18,532 nt of DNA from Promethearchaeota archaeon. Lineage in GTDB: Archaea > Asgardarchaeota > Odinarchaeia > Odinarchaeales > JBHLKK01. Shown one piece after another: positions 1 through 7,667 of this stretch. The DNA is taken from assembly GCA_048939465.1 (NCBI GenBank), contig JBHLPL010000033.1:1-18532 (forward strand), in the 5' to 3' direction. The notes under the pieces were generated by a model. It made no database searches. It was not told the origin of the DNA and was given only the letters and a program-made list of their open reading frames with translations. The translations under genes and the position numbers were made by a program. The stretch's first letter is position 1. Each line of letters begins with the position of its first letter.

Positions 1-2
1 CC

Positions 3-332
3 GGAAGCTGCTACAAGATCATGCTTGACGACGTCTTGATCGGAGCCTTCATCGTGTTCCGAGATTATCCGGAAAAAGGATCAAATGTTCTGGGCACAAT
101 CTTTCTAGATCCTGAGTATCAGAATCGAGGCATCGGTACGCAGGTAATGGAGTACATTCATGATTCTTTTCCTGCTCGACGGTGGGTCTTGGATACTCCC
201 GAGTGGCATACTCGGAACCGCCACTTCTATGAAAAACTTGGCTACCATAAAATCGGGGAACGAAAGGAACCTCGTGCAGGCTTTTCGCTTTGGATTTATC
301 AGAAGAATACGGATGTATCGACGGCCAAGTGA
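3..332 (+). CDS. GNAT family N-acetyltransferase (5'-truncated by window edge)
   Basis: IFLDPEYQNRGIGTQVM acetyl-CoA-binding motif A and N-x-x-x-x-x-FYEKLGY motif B. The frame is open from the window start (GSCYKIM...), so the true start is upstream. Confidence 0.9.
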   Translation, partial: GSCYKIMLDDVLIGAFIVFRDYPEKGSNVLGTIFLDPEYQNRGIGTQVMEYIHDSFPARRWVLDTPEWHTRNRHFYEKLGYHKIGERKEPRAGFSLWIYQKNTDVSTAK

Positions 333-422
333 AAGAAAGACTTGTGCAGAATAGTAACACTTAATTCAGTTATCACTCATTGTACTGCATCAATAACTAA
401 TTCTGAGGAGGATGACATCCCT

Positions 423-1400
423 ATGACCGGTAACGCTCGAAATAAGCTTGGAGAACGACTAAGTATTCGGCAATTCGCAAGAGGTGTTGATGAGCCAGAC
501 TGGGTAGAGGTATTAAATGCAGCCTATAAGGAATTCGAACTCTGGTGGAGGGCCACTACCGCGGAGGAGATGTTTCTGCAAGAAAAAAGCCCGACTTATG
601 ACTTTGAAGGACGATTCATCGCTTCGATCAATGAAAAACCAGTGGGGATAGTGCACGCTCATGTTGACAAGTTGAGAAAGGAGAAAAAGGGTTTCATTCA
701 TACTCTCTGTGTTGTCCCAGAGTATCGTGGACTCGGAGTTGAAGAAAAGCTTCTCGAGTTGGCCGTAAATGAACTCAAGAAACGTGGAATGGACTCAGTA
801 CAATCCTGGAGTGATCATAGAAGAAATGATCGCATACAGCTTTTGGAGGCAAACAGCTTCGAAACTGTCCGAACGGAGAGCGATATGGAGATGGATTTGA
901 GCGGCATTCCAACCAATATTGGAGAGAATCTCCAAGTCAACATTTTACCGCTTCAAAAGAACGTCGAGAAAGACATAGAAACGCTCATTTGGCTTTACAA
1001 CGAGTCGTTTAAGGATCACTTCAATTATCGCCCGATAACTATCGGAGAAGTTCGCCATCTTTTGACAGAAGACCCACGCTACACAGAACAAGAATACTTT
1101 TTTGCAGAGATGAACCAAGAGATGGTGGGTTTTGCCGGTTTGGGTATAGACGAAAAATTAAACACTGAGAAGAATATCAAAGTTGGCTTTGTCAACATTT
1201 TGGGGGTTTTAAAATCCTTTAGGAGAAAAGGTATCGGAACCAGACTGATGCTTCATGCCTTGGAAAGGACTAAAGCGAAGGGCATGACCAAGGCCTTGTT
1301 AGATGTAGACGATTTTAACCTAACAGAGGCTAAGAAACTCTACGAAAAAATCGGATTCAAAGTCGTAAAAAAATACCTATTTTGTGAAAAGAGTCTGTGA
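423..1400 (+). CDS. Tandem-domain GNAT acetyltransferase (MshD-like architecture)
   Basis: Two GNAT motif sets: LCVVPEYRGLGVEEKLL and LGVLKSFRRKGIGTRLM...NLTEAKKLYEKIGF. ATG at 423 follows GAGGAGG and is preferred over the 342 start in the ORF track. Confidence 0.88.
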   Translation: MTGNARNKLGERLSIRQFARGVDEPDWVEVLNAAYKEFELWWRATTAEEMFLQEKSPTYDFEGRFIASINEKPVGIVHAHVDKLRKEKKGFIHTLCVVPEYRGLGVEEKLLELAVNELKKRGMDSVQSWSDHRRNDRIQLLEANSFETVRTESDMEMDLSGIPTNIGENLQVNILPLQKNVEKDIETLIWLYNESFKDHFNYRPITIGEVRHLLTEDPRYTEQEYFFAEMNQEMVGFAGLGIDEKLNTEKNIKVGFVNILGVLKSFRRKGIGTRLMLHALERTKAKGMTKALLDVDDFNLTEAKKLYEKIGFKVVKKYLFCEKSL

Positions 1401-1506
1401 AGCAGCGCTTTTGACAGACATTCGATTGTAGACTTTGAAAGTCAAAACCGTGGGGTCAAAGCTGCGGAAACCTCTTTAAGCAGAGCGTGCTATCGTAAGG
1501 TAGGGA

Positions 1507-1887
1507 GTGCAAAAAAACTTGCCCGCAGCCGGCGAAAAGGATCCTTCAAAGCAAATGCTGATTGCCCTAAAGTTCAACGAAAAGATTAACCTGCGGGATT
1601 TGGAAGGTTTAGCTGATTTAATGACTGATGACCACACATTCATTGACAACTTCGGAGAGATCACCAAAGGCAAGGACGCAATGAAAGAGGGCTGGAGGGA
1701 ATTCTTTGAGAAGTATCCGGATTATCGGAACGCATTCACCTGCGTAACGGTTAGAGATAATACTGTTGTTATGACCGGTTATTCTACCTGTTCTCACAAG
1801 CCGCTAAACGGTCCAAGCATATGGACCGCCAGAATTCGTGGGGATCGCGTCTCCGAGTGGAGAGTCTATTGGCTTGACCAGAGGTAA
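1507..1887 (+). CDS. SnoaL-like / NTF2-fold protein
   Basis: FNEKIN..DLEGLADLMTDDHTFID...GKDAMKEGWREFF...IRGDRVSEWRVY matches the SnoaL_2 pattern. Start codon uncertain. Confidence 0.85.
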   Translation: MQKNLPAAGEKDPSKQMLIALKFNEKINLRDLEGLADLMTDDHTFIDNFGEITKGKDAMKEGWREFFEKYPDYRNAFTCVTVRDNTVVMTGYSTCSHKPLNGPSIWTARIRGDRVSEWRVYWLDQR

Positions 1888-1991
1888 TCTCTTCGGATTA
1901 AGAAACTCAGCAGAATACAGTTCTTGTTCACGAACCCGGTCCCGATGGGGTTAGATGATTGCAAGACCGGCTCCTTATTTACAAATACCAA

Positions 1992-3047
1992 TCACTCTGT
2001 CCAGAAATACCACCCATCTGAACTTCTAGCTCCTTTCAGGGTTCCTTTTGTTACCCTTCGGGTCAAAGTAGTGTATATTACACCGCGCTTGCCTTTTATT
2101 GCGATTCCTCTGGCTTCCAATGCTTTCTCCACATCTTCTCTTGTCCTCCTGTTGGGCAGTCTGAAGAACCCTTCTTTGATCAATTTGTCGATTGCTGAGG
2201 CCCAAACTTTGGGAGCACCTTTCCGTTTCTTCTTGAGGGTTTTGACAGCTTCCTTAAAACTTTCCTTGAGGACCTCAAATGGTGATCCCAAGATTTCGAT
2301 TCCTTCCATGTCCCCCTCACCCAATCCCCGCCTCACAAACTCCTGTATCACCGGCATTCTTTCAGGATTCAGGCCTGCAAGAGTAGCTCCCACTGTTTCA
2401 ACGGCAATAGCATCCCTTCCCACCAAAAGAGTATTTGCAGGTACACGTTCGTCACCTGCTTTGAGCCAAAGGTACGTGCCGTCCAGAACGGCAAGATCTA
2501 TTCCTCCTATCTCCTCAAAGACATCCGCAAGGACTGAGGGCAAAATCTCTTCCTTATGGAATTTCGCCTTCTTGGGATCTGGAATACAACCCAGCAGGTT
2601 CTTGAGAATGCTTCCGCTTTGGAACGTACGCAATATGTGTGTGTCTACAAGTACATTAGGTTTGAAGAGCACTTGTGACAGCTCCATCTCCGTTCCTGCT
2701 ATTCTCACCTTCTTTGTATCGGTGTCCGAAGAAAGATTGAAGGGTACTACGCGATCAGAAAAAACCTCTCTCCAAATTTCTAGCCTTTCCGAACCCGTTC
2801 CGCGATAATTGTCTGACTCGACCAGAAAGACCTTTGGAGCATTGGTTAAGCTGTTAACGATTGATTGCACCACGGCAACTGATGTATGATTATCTGCTCG
2901 GTGAGAAAAGACTCCGACTTTAACAGCTACGGATCTCTCCGTAGAGTTCAGATCATCTATCCCTCCAACTAGGCGGAGAGCTTGTGAGAATGACTCTGAT
3001 TCGTTTCCATCAACCTGTACTACAGCGACCTTCGAAGTCAAGAACAC
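1992..3047 (-). CDS. DUF362-family protein with C-terminal winged-helix-like domain
   Basis: KNLLGCIP, AVLDG and LLVGRDAIAVETVGATLAGLNPERMPVIQEFVRRGLGEGD follow the DUF362 pattern. The last ~75 aa are basic and wHTH-like. GGTGAGG SD upstream; the start may be TTG at 3041. Confidence 0.75.
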   Translation of the reverse strand: MFLTSKVAVVQVDGNESESFSQALRLVGGIDDLNSTERSVAVKVGVFSHRADNHTSVAVVQSIVNSLTNAPKVFLVESDNYRGTGSERLEIWREVFSDRVVPFNLSSDTDTKKVRIAGTEMELSQVLFKPNVLVDTHILRTFQSGSILKNLLGCIPDPKKAKFHKEEILPSVLADVFEEIGGIDLAVLDGTYLWLKAGDERVPANTLLVGRDAIAVETVGATLAGLNPERMPVIQEFVRRGLGEGDMEGIEILGSPFEVLKESFKEAVKTLKKKRKGAPKVWASAIDKLIKEGFFRLPNRRTREDVEKALEARGIAIKGKRGVIYTTLTRRVTKGTLKGARSSDGWYFWTE

Positions 3048-3171
3048 ACCTCACCAAAAGCCGAGGAGTTCAATATCAGGGATATGAACGAGGATTATAA
3101 GTACTGTTAAGATTTAAAAGATGCGCTTGCGAATCAAGAATCGTTCATCAATCGCTGCGCAATCTTATGAA

Positions 3172-3795
3172 TTATGAAGATAGTTTCTTCGAGATAATCG
3201 TTAGATTTCTCCCCAGACCTTTTGCCAGCTTCAGCTCATTATCTGACGGCATCCGCTCACCCACGGGGCCTGCAATAGTTGAGGCTCCGTACGGTGAGCC
3301 TCCAGTTATCTCCTCGATTGTCGTTTGCTCCTTGAAAGAGTAGGGCAAGCCAACCAGGACGCAGCCATGATGTAAAAGGGTAATCATTGTTGAGATTATC
3401 GTGGTTTCTTGTCCGCCGTGCTGTGTGGCAGAGCTTGTGAATACTGCTGCTGGTTTGCCAATGAGAGTACCCAGTGCCCAGTCTTCTCCAGTCTGATCCC
3501 AGAAGTTTCTCATCTGGGCACACATATTGCCGTACCGAGTTGGTGTTCCCACAATAATCCCGTCAATTAGTTTAAGATCTTTTCGCGGATCAGCAATTGG
3601 AATATCCCTCATTAGCTCTTTCGCCTTGACCACGTCATCTCCCATGAACTCTTCTGGTATGAGTTCGGCCACTTGTTTTAGAACTGGCTCTCCCCCTGCC
3701 TCTCGAACACCCTCAACTACCCCATTGGCCATTTTGAAAATATGACCATACATGGAATAAAACAGAACGAGAATCTTGGGTCTGTTCTCTTCCAT
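3172..3795 (-). CDS. wrbA: NAD(P)H:quinone oxidoreductase, WrbA-type flavodoxin-like protein
   Basis: LFYSMYGH FMN-binding loop, GTPTRYGNMCAQMRNFWDQTG, HGGQETT and GGSPYGA are diagnostic WrbA motifs. ATG at 3795 is well spaced from GGAGGGAGG. Confidence 0.95.
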   Translation of the reverse strand: MEENRPKILVLFYSMYGHIFKMANGVVEGVREAGGEPVLKQVAELIPEEFMGDDVVKAKELMRDIPIADPRKDLKLIDGIIVGTPTRYGNMCAQMRNFWDQTGEDWALGTLIGKPAAVFTSSATQHGGQETTIISTMITLLHHGCVLVGLPYSFKEQTTIEEITGGSPYGASTIAGPVGERMPSDNELKLAKGLGRNLTIISKKLSS

Positions 3796-3847
3796 TCTCA
3801 ACCTCCCTCCTTATTATTGATTATTCTATTTTTTGATGCTGATTCTT

Positions 3848-3896
3848 TGGTCATTTTCAACATCGCCTGCTTACTGTGAACTGTTGAAAATGGCCA
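3848..3896. promoter_or_regulatory. 15-bp inverted repeat (14/15) upstream of wrbA
   Basis: TGGTCATTTTCAACA (3848-3862), a 19-nt loop, then TGTTGAAAATGGCCA (3882-3896). Function inferred only. Confidence 0.5.
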
Positions 3897-3964
3897 GCTT
3901 TCTGTCGCACGTCCCCTTTCGGCCGATATAAGAAATCTGTTGATGAAGGGGGCCAATCAATAGT

Positions 3965-4198
3965 TCATCCACCACTAATCTCAATAGCGACGACAGGACA
4001 ACTGTCTGCACCTTCTTGTGCACACCCCTTTAGACTTTCATCGACCTCTCCGATGCTGAAATCTTCATTCTGTTCTTTCAGGTAACTGTCTACGATTCTG
4101 GACTTCCCTTCATCGTCTTCCTCATATACCTCGCCGCAAATACTATAACACACGCCACAGGCTATGCACAGATTTCTATCTACCTTAACTGAGACCAT
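3965..4198 (-). CDS. Single-cluster 4Fe-4S ferredoxin
   Basis: CIACGVC (CxxCxxC) plus distal CP (DSCPVVAI); small acidic protein. Confidence 0.93.
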   Translation of the reverse strand: MVSVKVDRNLCIACGVCYSICGEVYEEDDEGKSRIVDSYLKEQNEDFSIGEVDESLKGCAQEGADSCPVVAIEISGG

Positions 4199-4401
4199 TC
4201 TAAGTAATCTCCGGCAAGTTGTTCATTCATACGAGCAGATCATAGCTGGATCTACTTATTCGTTCACTTACCTAGGAGTTCTTCATGATTTCCTACCCAT
4301 TATCCACCTGGATTTCAGGACTCTCATCCCGTCAACGTTATAATGTTATTCTCGGCCGCCTATTTTGCACTGTAATTTGCTTCCAAGTGCCGATATATAA
4401 A

Positions 4402-4416
4402 TATAACGGTGTGATA
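4402..4416. promoter_or_regulatory. Palindromic operator-like site A, TATAAC-GGT-GTGATA
   Basis: One mismatch to TATAAC-N3-GTTATA; abuts a TATA-like element at 4394-4401 (TTTATATA on minus strand). Confidence 0.5.
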
Positions 4417-4483
4417 TTTTGGCTTTTTGATAGGGGCTGTGAAAGACCTCAGTGTGTTAAGATATTAGAACTCTAAGCTTCGA

Positions 4484-4506
4484 AAGGTTTTTATAGGGAA
4501 AACCTT
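4484..4506 (+). promoter_or_regulatory. Hsp20 promoter: AAAGG-TTTTTATA (BRE/TATA-like) inside an 8-bp inverted repeat
   Basis: AAGGTTTT (4484-4491), TATAGGG, AAAACCTT (4499-4506); about 50 bp upstream of the ATG at 4544. Confidence 0.55.
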
Positions 4507-4512
4507 CAAAGA

Positions 4513-4527
4513 TATAACAGTGTTATA
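4513..4527. promoter_or_regulatory. Palindromic operator-like site B, TATAAC-AGT-GTTATA
   Basis: Perfect 6-3-6 palindrome about 18-32 nt downstream of the TATA box, i.e. over the expected transcription start of the Hsp20 gene. Confidence 0.6.
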
Positions 4528-4543
4528 CTCAAGAGGTGTTGTT

Positions 4544-4837
4544 ATGTATAAAGAAAAACCAACGACTTCTCCAGTAGTATGTGTCGACCATGACCATGAA
4601 AAATACTACATTCAGATCGAATTACCTGGAGTAAAGAAGAAAGACATAGATCTGACGGTCGCCGAGCAGGGATTCTGCATCAAGGGCTCCAGGAAGGATG
4701 CCGATCTTTCAGGGTGTTACTTCTTGGTTCACGGTGTAGATCCAGACAAGACCAAAGCTAAGTTTGAAAACGGCTTGCTAGATATTGTTATACCCCTGAA
4801 GAGCCCTCTCATAGGCAAGAAAATCGCAGTGGAGTAA
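4544..4837 (+). CDS. Small heat-shock protein (Hsp20/alpha-crystallin domain only)
   Basis: YYIQIELPGVKKKDIDL and AKFENGLLDIVIP are alpha-crystallin motifs; GAGGTG SD before ATG 4544; 97 aa. Confidence 0.9.
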   Translation: MYKEKPTTSPVVCVDHDHEKYYIQIELPGVKKKDIDLTVAEQGFCIKGSRKDADLSGCYFLVHGVDPDKTKAKFENGLLDIVIPLKSPLIGKKIAVE

Positions 4838-4951
4838 AGGGAGGAATTCGTCACAGGTTAACGGATTTCACGAACTCCACTATTATTTCTTCTCAAGATC
4901 AGGCCTTGGAACGCTTCTAACGGGAACAAAACCGGTATGAAGACCGGACTT

Positions 4952-5494
4952 CTAATATTCTCTCTCTTCGAGCAGTTTTACTAATTTCTTATACTTGTCG
5001 TGAATCATATTTCTGTCAAACTCCCAGAATTCCTCGAGCATATCCTGCTGTTCTTCTTTGCTAAAGTACTTCATGCAAGGGACAAAAAAGTGCTTATCTT
5101 CCTTTTCGATATGTTTCGGATAAAATTCAACCAGCTCCTCTACAAGCGCAGTAATATCTTCAAGGGCATCAAGATTGCCCCTTTCATAGCTCTCCTTTGC
5201 ACCAACCAGCTTACCGACAGTCTTTCTGGCATAAACATGCTCTTCTATCAATTCATCCATGATTTCTCTGTGCTTTGAAGAAAGCTGTTTCTTGCCAAGT
5301 TCTCTGAATAGAATATCTTCTTCCTTACCGTGATGAGTCCTATCGGCATACGTTCTGATGAAGTCGACCGCAACGTCAATGAAATTCAGACTCACCTTGT
5401 TCGTCTCGCCTATTCTTTGTCGCTCCTCCCGCATCAAAGCAATCATGCGCTCAATAAGCCTATGCTCGATCATCAAAGGACCAATTGGCATCAT
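4952..5494 (-). CDS. Hemerythrin-like (HHE cation-binding) domain protein
   Basis: EHRLI, HHGKEEDILF, EEHVYAR and HIEKEDKHFF give the H...HxxxE...H...HxxxE di-iron ligand pattern; GGTGAGG SD. Confidence 0.9.
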   Translation of the reverse strand: MMPIGPLMIEHRLIERMIALMREERQRIGETNKVSLNFIDVAVDFIRTYADRTHHGKEEDILFRELGKKQLSSKHREIMDELIEEHVYARKTVGKLVGAKESYERGNLDALEDITALVEELVEFYPKHIEKEDKHFFVPCMKYFSKEEQQDMLEEFWEFDRNMIHDKYKKLVKLLEEREY

Positions 5495-5691
5495 ATTTAC
5501 GCACCTCACCTTCCTATTTCATGCAGCCGATCCATTTAGAAGATATTCAGATCATAATTTCATTTTCTGGAACACAGAATTCTGAGGGGATGCGTAGGGC
5601 TTCAATTTCAGAACTCATCCAAATCATTTCCACACGCATTCGGAAGCGGAATTCAGGTATGGCATTTTCTCAAGAAGCACACGGAAAAGGC

Positions 5692-5973
5692 CTAATAAGG
5701 CGCAACTCCTCTTCTCTTAACAGCTCTATCATAAAGATACCAGTTGTTGGCCCAGTCTCTGTCTCTCTCAGCCAGTTCTTTTAGGACTAGTTCTTTGATA
5801 CCTGTGGTCTTGGCCGGAAATCTGAGTTCTTTCTCAATACTTTTGGCAATGTCTCTGGCAACGTCGATCGGCGCACCGCATTTTACACAAGAAACAACGA
5901 TTTTTTCCCTAACGAAATCTTCTTCCCGTCCGTCCATCTTAATGACTTTTTTCAGTTTAGCCACCTTCCTCAA
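5692..5973 (-). CDS. Stand-alone ATP-cone domain protein
   Basis: VIKMDGREEDFVREKIVVS matches the ATP-cone start VIKRDGxxExFxxxKI. The start may be GTG at 5964. Confidence 0.82.
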   Translation of the reverse strand: MRKVAKLKKVIKMDGREEDFVREKIVVSCVKCGAPIDVARDIAKSIEKELRFPAKTTGIKELVLKELAERDRDWANNWYLYDRAVKRRGVAPY

Positions 5974-6194
5974 GGCTGATGTCTTCTCTATAATCTTTCT
6001 CCTTAAAAAACCGTTGTTTTAATCAAAGAACGGTAGTTTTGACTTTTCGCTTTGAGAGACCCGAAATCTTTTGAGACTTCTTAAATCTTCACTCTTTGAT
6101 TCTATGTCGGAAGAATCATCTACGTTATACAAAAGGATAAAAGGGGAAGGAGTTCAGAATGGTATCAATTCCAAGCACCACGGAGGTAGAATGA

Positions 6195-7127
6195 TTGGTT
6201 GAGGTTCTTCTCCGAACCGTCATCCCTCTTTTTCTTCTGATCGGGGCAGGCTTCCTTTCAAGAAAAGTGGGAATTCTGAAGGCCGGGGACGAGCGGGTGC
6301 TCAACGCTTACATATACTTTTTTGCGTTACCCGCCCTACTTTTCGTCAATATGGTTGAAACCGAGTTTTTCGGGGATACTTTTACTTTTATACTTGCGGG
6401 GATGACTCCCATTTTTGTGGTGCTGGCGATCTATCTGGTTCTCTTCTTATTATTTAGGTTTCCGAAGGATACTCTTTATCTCCTAATCTTAAGCACCATT
6501 TTCGGTAACGTTGCCTTCTTTGGCATACCTTTCATAATGTTTGCCTTTCCCATTGCGCTGGCGGAGCGTTTGGCGGTATTATCGGTGGTTTCTATTGCTA
6601 TTGTGAGTGTTACGATTTCCATTACAGTTCTCGAACTACGTGAGCATGAAGGAGGTAGTAGATGGGATGGACTGAAGCACGTTGGGAAGAGGCTTTCGAA
6701 AAATCCACTGATCCTATCAATCTTTTTCGGTATTTTGCTATCCCTTGTTGGGGTGGAAATCCCTGCTCCTGTTTCGACTTTTCTGCACATGTTAGGAGGC
6801 AGTACAACGGCAGTAGCCATTTTTATGCTGGGGGTTTTTCTATACGGGAGGAAGTATACGGATAAGGGCAAGGCTTTTGGGCTAAGTCTTTTGAGGCTGA
6901 TACTTCTTCCGGTCATAGCTTCTTTGGCCATAAGCTTGTTCGGTCTGCCAGGTATCGAGATGCCAGTGTTGGTGCTTATGCATAGCATGCCTGTTGCCGT
7001 TTCTATGATAGTTCTCAGCGAGCGCTACAATTTTCATAAGGAGTTAATCGCTTCATTGATATTAATCTCCACGATTGGAGCAATAGTATCTTTAAATGTA
7101 TGGCTTCTGCTATTGGGATACTATTAG
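6195..7127 (+). CDS. AEC-family (auxin efflux carrier / malate permease-like) transporter
   Basis: About 10 hydrophobic segments; FALPALLF, FGNVAFFGIP, KNPLILS and MPVAV motifs; TTG start 8 nt after GGAGG. Confidence 0.9.
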   Translation: MVEVLLRTVIPLFLLIGAGFLSRKVGILKAGDERVLNAYIYFFALPALLFVNMVETEFFGDTFTFILAGMTPIFVVLAIYLVLFLLFRFPKDTLYLLILSTIFGNVAFFGIPFIMFAFPIALAERLAVLSVVSIAIVSVTISITVLELREHEGGSRWDGLKHVGKRLSKNPLILSIFFGILLSLVGVEIPAPVSTFLHMLGGSTTAVAIFMLGVFLYGRKYTDKGKAFGLSLLRLILLPVIASLAISLFGLPGIEMPVLVLMHSMPVAVSMIVLSERYNFHKELIASLILISTIGAIVSLNVWLLLLGYY

Positions 7128-7226
7128 AAAGAGGACAGGAGAGAGTAAATGTAGTGAAACAGTTCCGGCCGATTGGATAACTCACAAGACTGACGCTCTG
7201 TCTCATTCTGGTATAACACAATGTAA

Positions 7227-7234
7227 TTTATATA
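7227..7234 (+). promoter_or_regulatory. TATA box (TTTATATA) upstream of the zinc-ribbon gene
   Basis: Matches the archaeal TATA consensus about 95 bp before ATG 7329. Confidence 0.45.
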
Positions 7235-7328
7235 TGCGGACGTAGATGTGAAAGGAAAACGGATTAAAGAATAGAAAGCGTGAAGAAGAAAGTGAGCCGG
7301 ACAGAGAAAGCGAATCTTATGACAGGAG

Positions 7329-7511
7329 ATGATCGAAGTGAGCAAATGCCCTAAATGCGGACATGTCGTAACAAAACTCAAGGACGTAGTCTATAGAAGA
7401 TCTGGATCTAAATACGTAATTCTGTGTCCAAATGAAAAGTGCAAAGAGGAATACTACGCTACGGAGTGGGTAAATAAGCAATTAGAAAAGCAAAAGGAAT
7501 ATTTCGGTTGA
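7329..7511 (+). CDS. Small zinc-ribbon protein (CxxC...CxxxxC)
   Basis: CPKCGH and CPNEKC; GGAG SD 1-2 nt before ATG 7329 (short spacing); 60 aa. Confidence 0.7.
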   Translation: MIEVSKCPKCGHVVTKLKDVVYRRSGSKYVILCPNEKCKEEYYATEWVNKQLEKQKEYFG

Positions 7512-7649
7512 AAGGTAGCCTGCCCCAAATATGGTCATCCGATGGCGAATCTAACTGACGTGACAGACGAAGATGCCCAATGGATCAATAAGCCACCCAA
7601 ACGAACCGGCAGTCCAAGGAAGCAGAGAACGGATAGCATAAACCCATAA
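7508..7649 (+). pseudogene. Degenerate tandem paralog of the zinc-ribbon gene
   Basis: The frame after the TGA reads KVACPKYGHPMANLTDVTDEDAQWINKPPK..., aligning with SKCPKCGHVVTKLKDV...ATEWVNKQ but lacking the second Cys pair. Confidence 0.45.
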
Positions 7650-7667
7650 AAAGTGGAGCACAGGAAC

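Noticed and set aside
1924-2808. 294-aa plus-strand ORF
   Set aside because: Antisense shadow of the DUF362 gene; Ser/Pro/Leu-rich with no recognisable motifs.
5511-5640. Short minus-strand frame MRVEMIWMSSEIEALRIP... between ATP-cone and hemerythrin
   Set aside because: About 30 codons, no SD or family resemblance; cannot be supported.
5000-5784. Several plus-strand ORFs of 69-99 aa
   Set aside because: Antisense to the hemerythrin and ATP-cone genes; no motifs or SD.
6191-6202. Three-codon ORF ATG-ATT-GGT-TGA overlapping the AEC start
   Set aside because: Likely chance; SD spacing fits the TTG at 6195 better.
6476-6988. 170-aa minus-strand ORF
   Set aside because: Antisense shadow of the AEC transporter.
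7509-7511. Selenocysteine recoding of the zinc-ribbon TGA
   Set aside because: TGA does not align to a Cys position and no SECIS could be recognised; pseudogene explanation preferred.
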